From: Azolla caroliniana
Taxonomy: Eukaryota > Plantae > Polypodiophyta
Assembly (NCBI GenBank): GCA_043228905.1
Contig: JBHGNT010000022.1
Coordinates: forward strand, 2,480,001 to 2,544,000
Length of the DNA: 64,000 bases
Direction of reading: 5' to 3'
Positions 12,936 through 27,790 of this stretch are shown one piece after another. Position 1 is the stretch's first letter. Each line of letters starts with the position of its first letter. Position numbers and translations under genes: made by a program. The notes below the pieces were generated by a model that was not told the origin of the DNA, did no database searches, and saw only the letters and a list, made by a program, of their open reading frames with translations.

Positions 12936-15900
12936 ATGGAACAAGTTTTGAACGTTGTTGGAGCAATCTCTCCGAGCGAGACCTCTCAACTCCAATCCAC
13001 ATCTCGCACACAAGCTGAGATCACTATTGAACAATTGCTCACTACTACCTTGAATCAACTGGCCGAAATGAGGCAAGCCAATATGGCATTGGAAAAGAAA
13101 TTCCAAGAATTGACTATTGAGTCCAAGAAAGAAGGTGAACCTTCTTCCGTAGTAACGCCATTCAAGGGAGATAAGAAAGAAAGAACCGAGGAGGCCATTA
13201 GCACTTGGCTTGGTCATTGGGAGTCTCACTTTGAGCTCCACCCCAAGCCTGATGCTGTAAAATTTGGTTATGTCAGTCATGAGTTAGGTGGCCGAGCTGC
13301 TGCTTGGTGGCGCGGTCTAAGGACTGCAAAGAACTTACCCACAACTTGGGAAGGTTTTGTTGATGTTTTTAAGAAACAGATTTTGCAGCCACCTTCTCAA
13401 ACTGAACAAGCACAACACTTGCTCACGTTGTCGAGTAAGCCATTTACCTCTCTCGAGGATTATGTGCATCATGCTCGAACCCAGATCCAAAAATCGGGAC
13501 TTACGGGTGAGAAATGGTTTGTTGCTTGCTTTTTGAATGGTATTCCCAATGGGGATTACCATAGGATTGTCCATGACAAGGACCCCACAACTTTCGAGGA
13601 AGTCGTCAACATTGTACTTCGGTACCATAGGACTTCCAAGAAAGACCACAATAAACTTGAGTTCACCAAAACTCCAAATGTCAAGTTCATTAGGAAACAT
13701 AAGCAATCCAATGACACTCTTGACCGCGACTCCAAGAAACCTAACCTCTTCTGTGCATATTGTAAGAAGCGAGGTCACACAAAGGATACATGTCATCCTC
13801 TTGAGAGGAAGTCAATTAACACCCCTCCTCATGACAAATCTACGAGTCACACAAGTGAGTCTTTTGATGTTGTTGAAGTTCATACCAACCACTTAAGTTC
13901 ATGTGAATGCACTTTTCCTTCATATTTACTTGGACCTAGTGATTTACTCCAAGCAGTCGGGTATATCAATGGAACACAAGCACATTTCTTGTTTGATTCT
14001 GGTAGTTCTCACAATTTTCTTAATGATCACTTGGTGCAACAAATGGAACTCCATATAAATGCAAGTGATCATATCTATCAAGTTCACATGGCAAATGGAA
14101 GCCTTCAGTGGCATTGTCTGTCAACGGGCAATTCAAATAGATACCTATTTGGAGAAGCTTGACTTTCATGTTATGAAACTACAATCCGCAGATGTCATTT
14201 TAGGATACCCTTGGATTTTTAATAAAAATCCTTCTTTGTCCATTGATTGGGTTAATCACTCAATCACATTTGAACTTAATAATTCTAAACATTTTATTCA
14301 ATTTTCTAAACTTCCTTCGTGTTCACTTGTGTCTTCTAAATCTTCAAGTGAGTATTAAAGTTCATTAATTTATTCGTGTGTAATTGATATTGTGCTTCAA
14401 TTTTATTATTTTAATATTGACGCCACACAATTACCACATTATGAACAACGATTACTCGACTCTATTTTAGACGATTTTCAAGATGTGTTTCCTAACGAAT
14501 TGCCAATTACTTTACCACAAAAACGTAATGTGGACCATCAAATTGAACTCATACCTGGTGTTGCTCTGGCCAGCATTCCACCTTACCGACTTAGTCGATT
14601 AGAAGAAGGTGAGATTGCTAAACAACTTAAGGAATACTTGAGTATGAGCCACATTAGGTATAGTAAATCAGCTTGGGGTGCGCCAATTCTATTAGTTAAG
14701 AAGAAGGAAGGTTCATGGAGAATGTGTATCAATTATCGCCGTTTGAATAAAATGACAATTAAAAATGCATATCTGTTACCTCGTGTTGATGATTTGATTG
14801 ATCGTTTGCATGGTCCCGATATTTTACGAAAATTGACTTACGAACAAGTTATCATCATATTCGCATTGCCGAGGATGATATTCCTAAAACCACTTTTCGT
14901 ACATGCTATGGTCATTATGAGTTTTAGTCATGCCTTTCGGGTTGACCAATGCTCCAGCCACATTCCAACAAGTGATGAATGACGTTTTCCAAGATCAACT
15001 CGGTGATTTTGTTGTCGTCTTGTTGGATGATATTTTGATATATAGCCATACTTTGCAAGATCATGTTCAACATGTTCGATTTGTTTTGCAAAAGTTGCGT
15101 GACAACTCTTTCTATGCAAAATATTCGAAATATGATTTTTTCCAAAAATCTATTGTGTACCTAGGTCATTTAATTACGGAAAATGGTGTTGAAATTGAAC
15201 ATTCTCGTATTGAAAAGGTTAAACTTTGGCCCATTCTTCGTAATATTCGTGAACTGTGATCATTCTTAGGGTTTGTTGGATTTTTACAAAAATCAATTCG
15301 TAACTATTCCAAATTGACTACGCCATTAATTGACCTTTTAAAAGGTCATCCACGTAAGTCTGTTAAACCGATTGCATGGAATGAACAACTTGACAAATCA
15401 TTTGAGACACTCAAAGAGCATGTGTGTCAGGCTCCCACTCTTCTATTACCGGACCCTTCTAAGCCTTTCTCAATCAAAACCGATGCTTGATTATGTTATT
15501 GGTGTCGTTCTTTATCAAGGCGATCACCCTATTGCTTTTGAAAGTAAGAAGCTTGATGTTGCTCAATCTCGGTATTCGGTTCAAGAGAAAGAGTTGTTTG
15601 TAGTAATACATGCACTTAAAACATGAAGGCACTATCTCTCTGGAAATAAATTTCTGGTTACAACAAACCATCAATCATTGAAGTATTTTTGTGACCAGCC
15701 AGATCTTGTTGGTCATAAAGGCCGTTGGGTTGACCTTATGCAAGATTTTGATTTTTCCATACGGTATCACAAGGGTTCTATAAATACTCTTACGGATGCT
15801 CTTAGTCGCATTAAAGAAGTTAACATGCTTAGCTTCACGGAAATAAAATCTGATCTTTTGAATCACCTTCGAGGGAAATACCTTGATGACAGTTATTTCT

Positions 15901-17326
15901 CAAAATCCTAGACGAAAGTTGAATCTGGTTTAGATGTTGTTACTAGCACCCTACCCTTGAAGGCGACCTTTCACATTACAAACGGTTTGCTCTACCGTAG
16001 TTGAAAGGTTTGTGTTCCAGATTTACCAAACGTAAAACAGAAAATTCTTCATGAATGTCGTGATGCACCATCCGCGGGTCATCCTGGAATACAACGCACA
16101 CTCGTTCTCATCTCGAGTACTTTTTTCTGGCCTAAGATGAACTCTGAAGTGCGTAAATACGTAACTCAATGCTTACAATGTCAGATTAATAAGTCGGAAC
16201 GACTTAAAGCTGATGGTCTTTTACATCCCTTAGATATTCCCAACAACAAATGGGAAGTATCTCGATGCATTTTATTGTTAGTTTACCTCGTACACAGAGG
16301 GGTCATGATGCTATTTGGGTTGTCGTTGACAAACTAAAAAAATTGGCTACATTTATTCCTACCAAAACCACGGTAACCGCTCAACAATTAGCTTATCAAT
16401 TTGTTGATGAGTTATTTCATTTTTATGGATTACCGATGGATATTGTTAGTGATCAAGATTCCAAGTTTCCTAGTGACTTTTGGACTCAAGTCTTTAAGAA
16501 ACTAGAAACTACGTTGAGCATGAGTTCCGTAGATCATCCTCAGTCTGATGGACAAACTGAATGAGTTAATCAAATTATTGAGTACATGCTTCGAGCTTAT
16601 GTAGCAAAAACCCCTTCTAAGTGGGAGCAATACCTTCCTATCTTAGAATTTGCCTATAATATCTCTAAACATACATCCATTGGATATAGTCCTTTTATGT
16701 TGATGTATGGTTTTCAATCACGTGCCCTAGTTGATGTCACGATTCATCGTGATACATTAGACAGTACACGCAATTTTTTGCAACACATGAACCAAATGTT
16801 TCATATTGCCAAAGAGAATGTCAAGACGGCTCAAGATCATGCTCGATTTTATTCTGATCAGGATAGACGTCCTCGTGCATTTACTATTGGTCAAAAAGTT
16901 TTTTTGCGTGTCCCTACTGACTCTACGTCATTGTCTACGGGCAAGTGCGCTAAGTTAGCCCCACGATATTGTGACCCATTTGAAATCCTTAAGCGGGTTG
17001 GGTCATCTGCTTATCACCTTGCCTTACCCCGTAACGTTGGTATTCATCCTATTTTTCACGTCAGTCATCTAAAACCATTTTTAGGCTCTGGTGATAACAC
17101 CATCACAATCCAAGATCTTGTAACATTAGAAGATTTTACTTACAAACCTCATGTTCCTGAACGAATTCTTGATTCTCGTACTAAACATTTACGTTCTAAA
17201 GAGATTCGGCTATTCAAGATCAAATGGATGGATAAACCTATTGATGATGCCACATGGGAATGCGAGCATACTCTTAAGGCACAATTTCCTCACTTTATAT
17301 TGCAAGAGTGCAATCTTTTGAAGTAG
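12936..17326 (+). pseudogene. Gypsy A gag-pol pseudogene with C-terminal chromodomain
   Basis: CAYCKKRGHTKDTC zinc knuckle, FDSGSSHNF protease, LLDDILIY RT, RNase H, HPQSDGQTE integrase, PERILDSR...FKIKWMDKPIDDATWE chromodomain. Confidence 0.93.
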
Positions 17327-17333
17327 CGGAGTA

Positions 17334-17806
17334 TGTTATGTACACATAATGTTGGTGAGGGTAGGTCACTAATATTTACATTAGTGAAGGGTATGTTCAC
17401 TAATGTTTAAAAGGGGACTAATGATTGGATAGAAGGAATGATAGGTGCATGCACTATCATGATTTGGACAACCAATGAATGGAGAGCTTTTTAGAAAGGC
17501 ACATCTATTCAAGGGGCCTAGGAAAAGGTATAAATATGAGGCTTAGCTACCCTCATAAGGACATTACGTCAGAAGGTTACTGTCTTAGACACTGGTGGTG
17601 CGGGCTAGGCTTTCGTCTCAACGGTCGTGTTTATCTCTTCCAGGGTATTAGTCATCCTAATATCCAGCGGTATGGGACGTCGGTGGTAGGTTGGCTATGT
17701 CTAGATCATAGCTCGGGGGTGGTCGGGTAGAACAGGTTCTTTTATCCAATCTATTTTCCTTCTTTTAATTTACTTTGGTCTATTGATTAGTAATAGACTC
17801 TTAACA
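17334..17806 (+). repeat. 3' LTR of Gypsy A
   Basis: Direct repeat of 6276-6748. Confidence 0.95.
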
Positions 17807-20037
17807 AGTGCCACTGTTGACTACTTTTTGCTACTCCAAGCAATCACGACATTTCCTAGTGAAAACGTGAACCCAAATGTTGACCTGAGATCGCCGACAT
17901 TTCTAGCCCAATCCGCATCCGTGTAGCTAACTAACTCCTCGACTACTCCTGTCCGATATAGCAACTCCATGTCCTTAGTGCCACTGACATATCGCAATAT
18001 CCTTTGCGTGCACTGAAGGTGTTCAACCTTTGGCTATGACATGAATTGACTAATGAAGCCGACTGGATAACTGAGGTCTAGCTGAGTGATTGTCAAATAA
18101 ATAAGGCTTCCGACTACTTGTCGAAACCGTCTCAGGTTGCATGGCTTTCCCGAATCTCGGCGAAGCTTCACGTTTCTGTCAAGAGGGGTTGAGACCAATT
18201 TGCAATCCGCCATCCCGTACTTGAAGAGCATATTCAGCATATAGTGGCGTTGGCTTATCAATATGCCTTCGGGGGTATGGATCAGTAATGAAGGTCCCCT
18301 AGATCCTTCATTTTGAATGACGCCGCAAGCTGAGACTTTACTCGACCGATTTCTCTTAGGTCGGCACCAGAGATGACTAGATCATCGACATATAAGAGAA
18401 TGCTAATCAGTTTGATCTGACTCTACCAAACGAACAATGAAGAATCTGTTTTCAATGGAGCAAACCCCATCTTACGCAATCGTTGTGTCATTTTAACATT
18501 CTAAGCACGCGGTGCTTACTTCAGTCCGTACAACGGCTTCTTCAATCGGAAAACTATCGAGGTGTTTCCTTTGGATAGAAATCCGGGGGGTTGTACCATG
18601 TACACTTGGTCCTCAAGATCGCCTTGCAGGAACACATTCTTCACATTCATCTGATGTAAATGCCACCCCTTTGCCACTGCTACCGCTAGCAATACACGGA
18701 CAATTGTCATCTTCACGACCGAGGCGAAGGTCTCATTGTAATCAACGTCGTGTGTCTGCACGTAGCCTTTTGCCAACAATTGGGCCTTATATCAGTTGAC
18801 CGATTTGTCGGTATTGTACTTAAATTTGTACACCCACATGCATCTGATCAGCTTCACACCCTTGGGTGTGTCAACCAGGTCCCAAGTCTCGTTTTGCATG
18901 AGTGTGTGCATCTCTTCCTCCATGGCCTTCTACCAATTCGGATCCTTAGCCGCTTCTACGTAGCTCTCCAGCTCATGCAAGTCTGCCATCTTCACCATAT
19001 ATGCATAATGATGCGCCATATACTCATTGTACCCGTATCGAATTATGGGGTTCTTATGGCAGGTAGATCGTTGCAACTATTGATTCACCGATTTCATGGC
19101 CCTCTTGGCCGATTTCGACCTTGTTTCCGGAGGTCCCTCCTTGTCTAGCCGCATCTGATTTGATTCAATCCAATATTTTGGCCGCGCTGCCATTCTCTAG
19201 CATTTTCATCTTCCCCTTCTCTTTGCACGTAAATCGTCTCCTCTTGGCCTGGGGATTGCACAGTTGAGTCTCATCTTCCAACTGGTCCTTCCGACTTAGT
19301 CCCTCATTCGGCCCACTTAGTCAAAATGAGATCGGGCTCTCCTCCAGAGCTCTGATTGCTTCCTCATCTAGGAGCAACTCGACCTCACTGCCCTCATCCT
19401 CCAAATTCGGAATAGATTGGATGGTGGTATGAGGTGAAGGCAAGTACCATGAAGCCAACTTGTGAAAACGATATCGCGGCTTACTCAAACCTCTTTTGTT
19501 TGGGGGTTATAACAGTTATCACCCTTCTGCTCATCCGAGTAGCTAACCAAGATACATTTCTTGACTTTCACATCTAGCTTCCTCTGCTTCTCCTTCGGCA
19601 CATGCACATATGCAATGCTACCAAAAACCCTCAAGTGTGCCAAATTCAGCTTCTACCGAAATACAGCTCATGTGGCGACACTCCTCCATTTGCAGAAGTT
19701 CGATTCTACAGGTATACAATTGTCCTGATAGCTTCGGCCCAATAAAACTTCGGCAAATGCTTCTCCTTGAGCATTGCCCTCGCTGCTTTCTCTATCGTGT
19801 GATTCTTCGTGTGCCAAATTCGGCTTCTTCCCGAAATACAGCTCATGTGGTGACACTCCTCCATTTGCAGAAGTTTGATTCTGTAGGTATACAGTTGTCC
19901 TGACAGCTTCGGCCCAATAAAACTTTGGCAAATGCTTCTCCTCGAGCATTGCCCTGGCTGCTTTCTCTTGTATCGTGTGATTCTTCCTTTCAGCCATGTC
20001 GTTCTGTTGCATCGTGTATTTGCAAGAGAATTCGTGT
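17807..20037 (-). pseudogene. Copia element C, integrase-RT part
   Basis: QQNDMAERKNHT/LPKFYWAEAV integrase, HQMNVKNVFLQGDL RT, GSLIYLTIT; continuous with 5431-6275 across Gypsy A. Confidence 0.88.
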
Positions 20038-20158
20038 TGTCGTGATGTGGCATGCTCGAGAGTAGGAAAAACCGGCGTAGGGGGGGGGGGTCAAAATGTG
20101 CATGTGCAATGTGCGTGCACACAAAGGCGATCAATTGTGCACATGTAAAAGAAAAGGG

Positions 20159-20600
20159 TGTTACCCGATCGGCAAGGGAGTTAAAAACCAGAATGTGAAA
20201 GGGATTGTTATTCGGAATCTATTTTAATTAAGTAGAATAGTGGGACATGAATAGACAGACCGGAATCAGTATGTCGATTTGAATCCGGACCGGTTCCGAA
20301 CAGGTGCCGGTTGGCACCGTTTTGTACTCAACACCGGTGACCTATATAAAGGCCCGGTTACAATGTAGAACTTTAACGGAGAATTAATATAAGCTTCTTG
20401 TTTTATCTTCACGTATTGATTACCGTTCTGTATTAATTGTTATATCTTACGCGTGTATTAAGTTAATGCCGTATTGTTTAAGGAACCAATTAAGTCTGAT
20501 TAATCGTTGTGTCTTAAGTTATCTCGCCGTAACACCCCTTTGGTGAACTGTCTTCTATAGACACCCTGTGTTAGGCCATTGTCCGGCCTAAGGATTAACA
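20159..20600 (+). repeat. 5' LTR of the non-chromovirus Gypsy
   Basis: Direct repeat of 41885-42326. Confidence 0.95.
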
Positions 20601-20651
20601 CAGTTTTTGGCGACCACGATTCTTGCACAATCGCAGCGAACATCGACGGGA

Positions 20652-23600
20652 ATGGATGACGCGACCAACGACCGACTCGGTTACGGAGCGAGCAAGGAGA
20701 CTTGCTGAACGGCTGAGGAAGCGAGAGGCTTTCAGCAAGCGATAGAAAAAATCAAAGCGGATCGCTCATTTTCCAAAGTGATCCGGAGAGTGGCCAAGGA
20801 GTCACTTCGTTTACAACAAAACGACTACTCAAACGAAGGAAGTAGCTTGAGCAGCCTCTGGGAAGCGGAATCCCTTCTCCAGGCATTGGCAGCGGGTGAA
20901 GGCGAATCCGAAGCATTTTCGGCATTTGAATCGGGTTCGGACGAGGAATACAACGCGTAGACAAACTACCGCAGTAGTAACGACACCCTAGACGGACCAG
21001 AGGACGAGGAGTCGGATACCTTCCGACACCGGAACCAGAATTGATAACGCTGGAACCTCCGGCACCAGAAGTCGAGCACACTCCGGAACCAGAACCAGAA
21101 GTCGAGGACGAGAGACCTCTGACACCGGAAGTCACGGAGGAGAGACCTCCAACACCGACAGAGGAGCGGGACAGACCTCCGACGCCGACAGAGGAGGAGG
21201 AAAGACTACCGACACCACCAACCCACGTACCGACACTCGACGACGACATGTCATTCCAATATCCCAGTTACCGGGATGATCCGGACGCGGAAGTCCACGT
21301 CCATGCGTTTCAGCAGACTTGGGAGGCTAACCATGTGTCCCAACACCTAAATGTTGAAAAGGAATGCTCAAAAAGGGCAGAGTTCGGTATGACCCTGGAG
21401 GGACCTGCCGCCAGATGGCACCGAACATAAGATCCCAGCACCATCCCCACGTTTGAAACATTAAAGAGAAAATTTTTGCATTTCTTTCACAAGGAGATGG
21501 ACCAAAGGGAAATGGTAGGCTTATTTTATAGTATCCGACAGGAACCAACGGAGAACATTCAACAGTTTGTCATCCGGTTCCAGCGGATCCACAGTCAACT
21601 CAGCCAGACACCACCGGAGGAAGAAACAAAGGCCAAATTCTTAGCAGCACTCCAGGAACCCTTACGAACGGTGTGCACCGTCATTGATTTCCGCACCAGC
21701 AGCATAGATCAAGTGATCGATCGAGTTCAGGAAATGGAAAACTCAAGTTCATGGCTAACCATGGGGCACTTTAGCGTGCACTACCGACAGATGAGGACCT
21801 CCGTTTACGGCAAGCAATTCAATGTACGACATGCTTGAATGCCGGACATTCGGCGTTGGAATGCATCATGTGTTTCCACCACTCCAGAAGCCACACAATG
21901 GAACGGTGTGAGTATAACTTGTTAAATCGGCAAGCGCCACCGGTTCGGCAAATTGAACCATGAAGCAACCGGGAAGAAGAAGAAGAACGATGGCGGCAAG
22001 AGGAGCACTACCGGCCGGCACAAGATGTCCGGTATAGCAATCGAAGAGACGCTTATGACCGGTATGACAGACAGGATATATATCGGGACTATAATGGACG
22101 GTATGAGAGATAGAACCGGGATCACTCCCCTGGTTACAACCAATGACAGGACGATTATGGCAAGTATGACGACCAGCCCCGACAAGGTTACCGTAACAAA
22201 AAGAATTTCAATAAGAAACGTCAATTCAACAAAAAGGGGGGTCATCCACGGGAACCAGAAAAGGGCACTCCAAGCAGCCAACCGGACCAAAACCAAGCAC
22301 TTACCACATGACCTCCACCAAGCACACACGCTGAATCCAACAACACCCGAAAGCCGTACTGCTATTATTGCCAGCAAGAAGGCCACTATAGTAATCAATG
22401 TCCGGCGAAGAGCTACGACAAACGACCAATTGTGAACATGGTAGACATGGAAGTCGCGAACATACAACAAGTCACTACAAGATCAAAGGGCAAAGCCACG
22501 GAGTGGGAAACTCAAGAAGCCATCTGGAAGCAGGCAACCGAATGGGTGAAGAAGGCAAACGAGCGGAATGCGGTAGAGTTCGAACAACAAAAGGAGAATG
22601 CCGAAGAGCTCACCGGCCCGGGGTAGCCCGAAAACCCAACATGGCAGGCGTTGCAAGAATGCCAAATAACGTTGCCGTTAGGCCAACTATTGCAACTGGT
22701 ACCACGCTTCACAGAAGGACTGAAGACAAGAAGGACGGCAGCCGACACGCCACCGGCTCCTGCATTCTTTTCAAATCCGGAGGAAGGACCGGCAGTGGTA
22801 GACACGAGTAGTCCGGCAATCACAGCCATCGTGAGAGGAACAGAGCTACCCGACACGATTATCGATGGAGGATCCGGCGTGAACGTGATCAGCCTCCGAA
22901 CGTGTAACACTCTAGGAATCCATGACTGGGAACATGCCCGTTTTGGCTTCGGATGGCGGACTCAAGTTCAGTACGGCCGACCGGATTAATACGTGATCTA
23001 GAAGTGACCATCGAGGGTTACACATTTTGCATTTCCGTAGTAGTTCTCCAGCTACAAGCTTAGGGAGCTTACCCACTATTGTTGGGACGCCCTTGGTTAA
23101 AAACAACACACATCAAGCAAAACTGTAGGAAGAATATAATGACGTTCCGACGTGGAAAAGCGAAAGTACGAGTACCGACTCAACCACGGTCTGGTACCGG
23201 CAAGGAATTGACGTTGCTATATGCGGAATGTGTCAACATGCTGGAAGGATTGGAGGATGAAGAGGTCGATCAATACTTACAGGAAAATCCGAAGATCATA
23301 CCTTTGTTCGAGATTGATGTAGCCGAAGCAGTATCACCGTACATGCTGCATCCGGACGGGACAGACGAGGAACCAAATAAAGAAGCGATCCGGGAGTTAC
23401 GGCAAGCACAGCAGGCACTAGAAAGGGAAATGGCGGTGTCGCAGCACGTAAAAGCATCCCAACTAGAAGAGGTAAACCTAGGTACCACAGAGGACGCAAG
23501 CCCGGTTCACATCGCCAAGGAAATGACCCCGGAAAACAAAACGACAATGATCACACTCCTAAAAAAAATTCGCAATGTGTTCGCCTGGTCCTATGAGCAC

Positions 23601-26294
23601 ATGCGGGGACTCGATCCTCAGTTGTATCAACACCAGATACATCTGAGTCAAGACGCCAAACCGGTAGCACAACGGCGTTACCGGATGAACCCGAATTACG
23701 CAGCAAAAGTCAAAGAAGAAATCGACAAGTTACTAAGGGTTGGCTTCATCCAACTGGTAAAGAAAGCCACATGGCTCAGTCTGATAGTCGTAGTACCAAA
23801 AAAGAACAGTAAGATAAGAGTTTGCGTCGACTACCGGAAATTAAATGCGGCTACGGTAACGGACGCCTTCCCACTCCCATTCACGGATGGAGTCTTGGAT
23901 GCGGTCACCGGTCATGAGGTGTACAGTTTCCTGGACGGGTTCAGTGGCTATAATCAGATCCGGATGCACCCCGACTAGTACAAAACTGCTTTTGTCACCG
24001 AATGGGGAGTCTTTGTTGCTGTAGTTATGATGTTCGGACTGAAAACGGTGCCGGCAACCTTCCAACGGATCATCATGGAGATTTTCGGAGAATTCATTCC
24101 GGCATTCATGTAGGTGTTCTTGGACGACTTCATTGTTTATAGCTGGGAAGGGGATCACCTTCAACACCTCAGACTATGTTTGGAGAAATGTAGGGTTTAC
24201 CGGCTAAGCCTTAACCCGGCAAAATGCGTGTTCAGAGTAACCGGCGGAGCGTTAGTGGGCCACATAGTGAGCAAGGACGATATTGCAGTGGATCCGGACA
24301 AAGTAAAAGCAATCCTGGAGGCACCGGCACCAGCCACGGCAAAGGCACTAAGCCGATTCTTAGGACAAATTCGGTGGCATAGCCGAATGCTCCGGTATCT
24401 GGCAGACCTGGCTACACCATTGCATGCCGCGGTACATCGGAGACAGTTCCGATGGATGGACACAAAAGACCAGGCTTATCGGGCACTAAAAGTACCATTG
24501 TCACAAGCGCCGGTGGTGCAATCTCCGGATTGGTCTAAAGAGGTCCATGTGTTGGTTGACGCGTCCGACATCGCAATCGGGAGCGCGCTTATGCAACTTA
24601 TAGAACCGAAATGGTACCGGCCAGTGTATTATGCCAGCCGGAAGTTGTCCCAAGCAGAACATAATTATTCCACAACGGAAAGGGAGGCCTTGGGTATGAT
24701 CTACAATGTCACCAAGTTTAGACACTATCTGTTAGGAAGGAAATTTTCCTTTCACGTAGATCATTCGGCGCTCCTCTACTTGGTGTCCAAAGCATCACTC
24801 ACCGGTAAGCTGGCCCAGTGGACGTTACTATTACAAGAATTTGAGTTCGAGATATTCCACCGACCCGACATACAACATGCGGTAGCAGACTATTTGAGCC
24901 GGTTAGATTCCGGCGAAACCGGTGACGGCATCCTAGACGACTTTCCGGATGCAAAGTTGTTTAGAGTTACAGTAGAAAAGACAATAGATGGTACGGTCGC
25001 AGAGGAAGACAAGTGGCTCACCAACATGCACTAATTTTTGAGCACCGGCTTACCTCCGAAGGAAATGAACAAAGACAAAAGGAAACACTTAGCGGTTCAA
25101 AGCCAACACTTCTTTCTATTACAGGACACACTGTACCACAAAGGCGCAGATGGCATATGGTGGCGTGCAGTGCACAACGACGAAAAGGAAATAATATTGC
25201 GCGAAGCACACTGCGGCGTGGCTGGAGGACATTATGCCGGAGACGCAACTGCAAGGAAAATATGGCATAGTGGACGATGGTGACCGACAACATTGAAGGA
25301 TGCAGTCAGGTATGCTAAAGAATGCAACCTATGTCAGCGAATGGGCCAACCAACCGAACAAGCCAGAATGCCTCACCAGCCCGTGCTACTGTTAGAACCA
25401 TTTCAGAAATGGGGGTTGGATTTTGTCGGTCCATTCAAACCACCGACAATGAGAACCGGCAACCGGTACGTGATTGTCGCTACGGATTATTGCACAAAAT
25501 GGGTGGAAGCCAAAGCACTACGCGACAACACCGCGGCATCCACGGCAAAATTTTTATATGAAAACATTTGGTGCCAGTATGGATGTCCGATAGAGCTAAT
25601 AAGTAACCAAGGTGGGCAGTTTTTAGGGCAAGTAGTGGAAAGTTTGACGACATTCTATGCGGTGGTGCACAAACGGAGCACTCCCTATTATCCGCAAGCC
25701 AACGGATTAGCTGAATCAGCAAATAAAACACTACAGAACATCCTTTGAAAAATCGTCAATGAGAACCGGACGGATTGGGATATAAAGCTACACAGTGCAC
25801 TCTGGGCCTATCAAACGGCATATAAGACAAGTATCCGTACAACACCGTTTCGCCTAGCATTCAGATTGGAAGCAGTGATGCCGGTCGAATTCCAGGTACC
25901 GAGTTTACGAATACAGATTCGGGAATGCCTAAATGAGAAGGAATCGGAAGCGATCCAGTTAGCTGCGTTGTGCGAATTGGAAGAACACCGGCTAGCCAGC
26001 ATCATGCACCTAGAACTTGAGCAGCGGCGAAGGAAAGCGTTCGTGGATCGTCACCGAAAAGGGAACGAAAAGATGTTCGGAATCGGTAAGCCAATACTAG
26101 TATTCCAGACCAGGATGGGTAAGATGTCGGGGAAGCTACGGTTTTAGTGGACCGGACCATACTGGATTACGCGTGAGTTCAATGGTTCCTACCAGTTAGG
26201 GACACTCGCCGGCGAGGTTCTGGGTCAATGGGTCAATGGGTTCCGACTCAAACCATACAATGGACCCATGCCAAGAAACCCATTTGAACAAGTA
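20652..26294 (+). pseudogene. Gypsy gag-pol pseudogene (no chromodomain)
   Basis: IIDGGSGVN protease, VCVDYRKLN and FLDDFIVY RT, VDASDIAIG RNase H, WGLDFVGP/YYPQANGLAE integrase; ends approximate. Confidence 0.9.
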
Positions 26295-27019
26295 AAGGCG
26301 ACACAGAACCGGACACTGGTAAGTCGGAAGAGATGGCACCACCTTTAGCAATCGGTAAGCGTGAAGCTGGTAAGAGGGAGCACGAGCCCGCAAACGACAA
26401 GAACGACGCGACGGCAAGCAGTTTAGCGGCTGGCAAGTCCCACAATCCGGATAGGGGTCTAGTGGGACCAGATGCGAATTAACCAAACCATTTTTATTAT
26501 AAATAAATAAATAAAAATAAAAATGAAAGTAAATCATGCAAGGGCGAGGGGTGAACGGACACATGCAAGAACAAGGAGTGAACAGGCACTTTGAAAAGGT
26601 ACGTAGTGGGCTATTAATAGGATATTAAACCGCCTCCACATGGCACGTCATTCTATTTTAGTACAGGGTGAAAGCATGCGAGTGGAAACAATTAGCTATG
26701 TCCTTGACATAGCTAATTAGCTATGCAAAAAGCTACCATTGATAAATAGTCATTTTAGTAAAAAGCCATCATTAATAAATTAAGTATGCAAAAAACTACC
26801 ATTGAAAATACTAGAGTGTTTTAATTACATATGTAAATGAGTGCCATAAATGTGCAACATAAATTGATGTGTGCACCATAAATGTGTACCATAAATTATA
26901 TATCGAATTCCTAGGTCCATTATGCATGATCCTTTGCCACATCACGTAGGCCATCTCTAGTTGAGTACTGTGGGTTAGTTGCTACCACTGTTGCTAAACC
27001 CTATCGAGTCCACCTGCCG

Positions 27020-27790
27020 CCACTCTACACTGAGGGGCTGCTACTGTGCGTTCCAAGCATCATCAAAGAGCTGCTCAATCTGACGGGGTTCTCTTCTCTG
27101 TGACACTCTACACTCAGGGGCCACTACTGTGCATTCCAAGCATCATCAAAGAGCTGTTCAATCTGACGGGGTTCTCTTCTCTGTGCCACTCTACACTGAG
27201 GGGCTGCTACTGTGCGTTCCAAGCATCATCAAAGAGCTGTTCAATCTGAGGGGGTTCTCTTCTCTGTGCCACTCTACACTCAGGGGCCATTACTGTGCGT
27301 TCCAAGCATCATCAAAGAGCTGTTCAATCTGAGGGGGTTCTCTTCTCTGTGCCACTCTACACTCAGGGGCCGCTGCTGTGCGTTCCAAGCATCATCAAAG
27401 AGCTGTTCAATCTGACGGGGTTCTCTTCTCTTTGCCACTCTACACTTAGGGGTTGCTACTGTGCGTTCCAAGCATAATCAAAGAGCTATTCAATCTGACG
27501 GGGTTCTCTTCTCTTTTCCACTCTCACTCAGGGGCCGCTACTGTGCGTTTCAAGCATCATTGGTAACTGTTCAATCTGACGGGGTTCTCTTCTCTTTTCC
27601 ACTCTCACTCAGGGGCCGCTACTGTGCGTTTCAAGCATCATTGGTAACTATTCAATCTGACGGGGTTCTCTTCTCTATGCCACTCTATTCTCAAGTGCCT
27701 TCTATGTGCGTTTCAAGCATCATCGGTAACTGTTCAATCTGACGGGGTTCTCTCCTCCATTGCCATCATTCTATACTCAGTTGCCACTAC
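27020..27790 (+). repeat. ~83-bp tandem repeat, about 9 units, upstream of the transposase
   Basis: Unit ccactctacactcaggggccgctactgtgcgttccaagcatcatcaaagagctgttcaatctgacggggttctcttctctgtg; explains the ORFs repeating every 83 nt. Confidence 0.92.

Larger units (their letters stand above)
6276..17806 (+). mobile_element. Ty3/Gypsy chromovirus A (full length, decayed), inserted in Copia C RNase H
   Basis: 473-bp LTRs 6276-6748 and 17334-17806 (TG...CA). PBS TGGTATCAGAGC 6750-6761. TSD AGTGT/AGTGC. Removing it restores the STVALSSTEAEY reading of Copia C. Confidence 0.95.

Noticed and set aside
20752-22470. Antisense ORFs over the Gypsy gag region
   Set aside because: Shadows of the purine-rich, repetitive sense-strand coding sequence.
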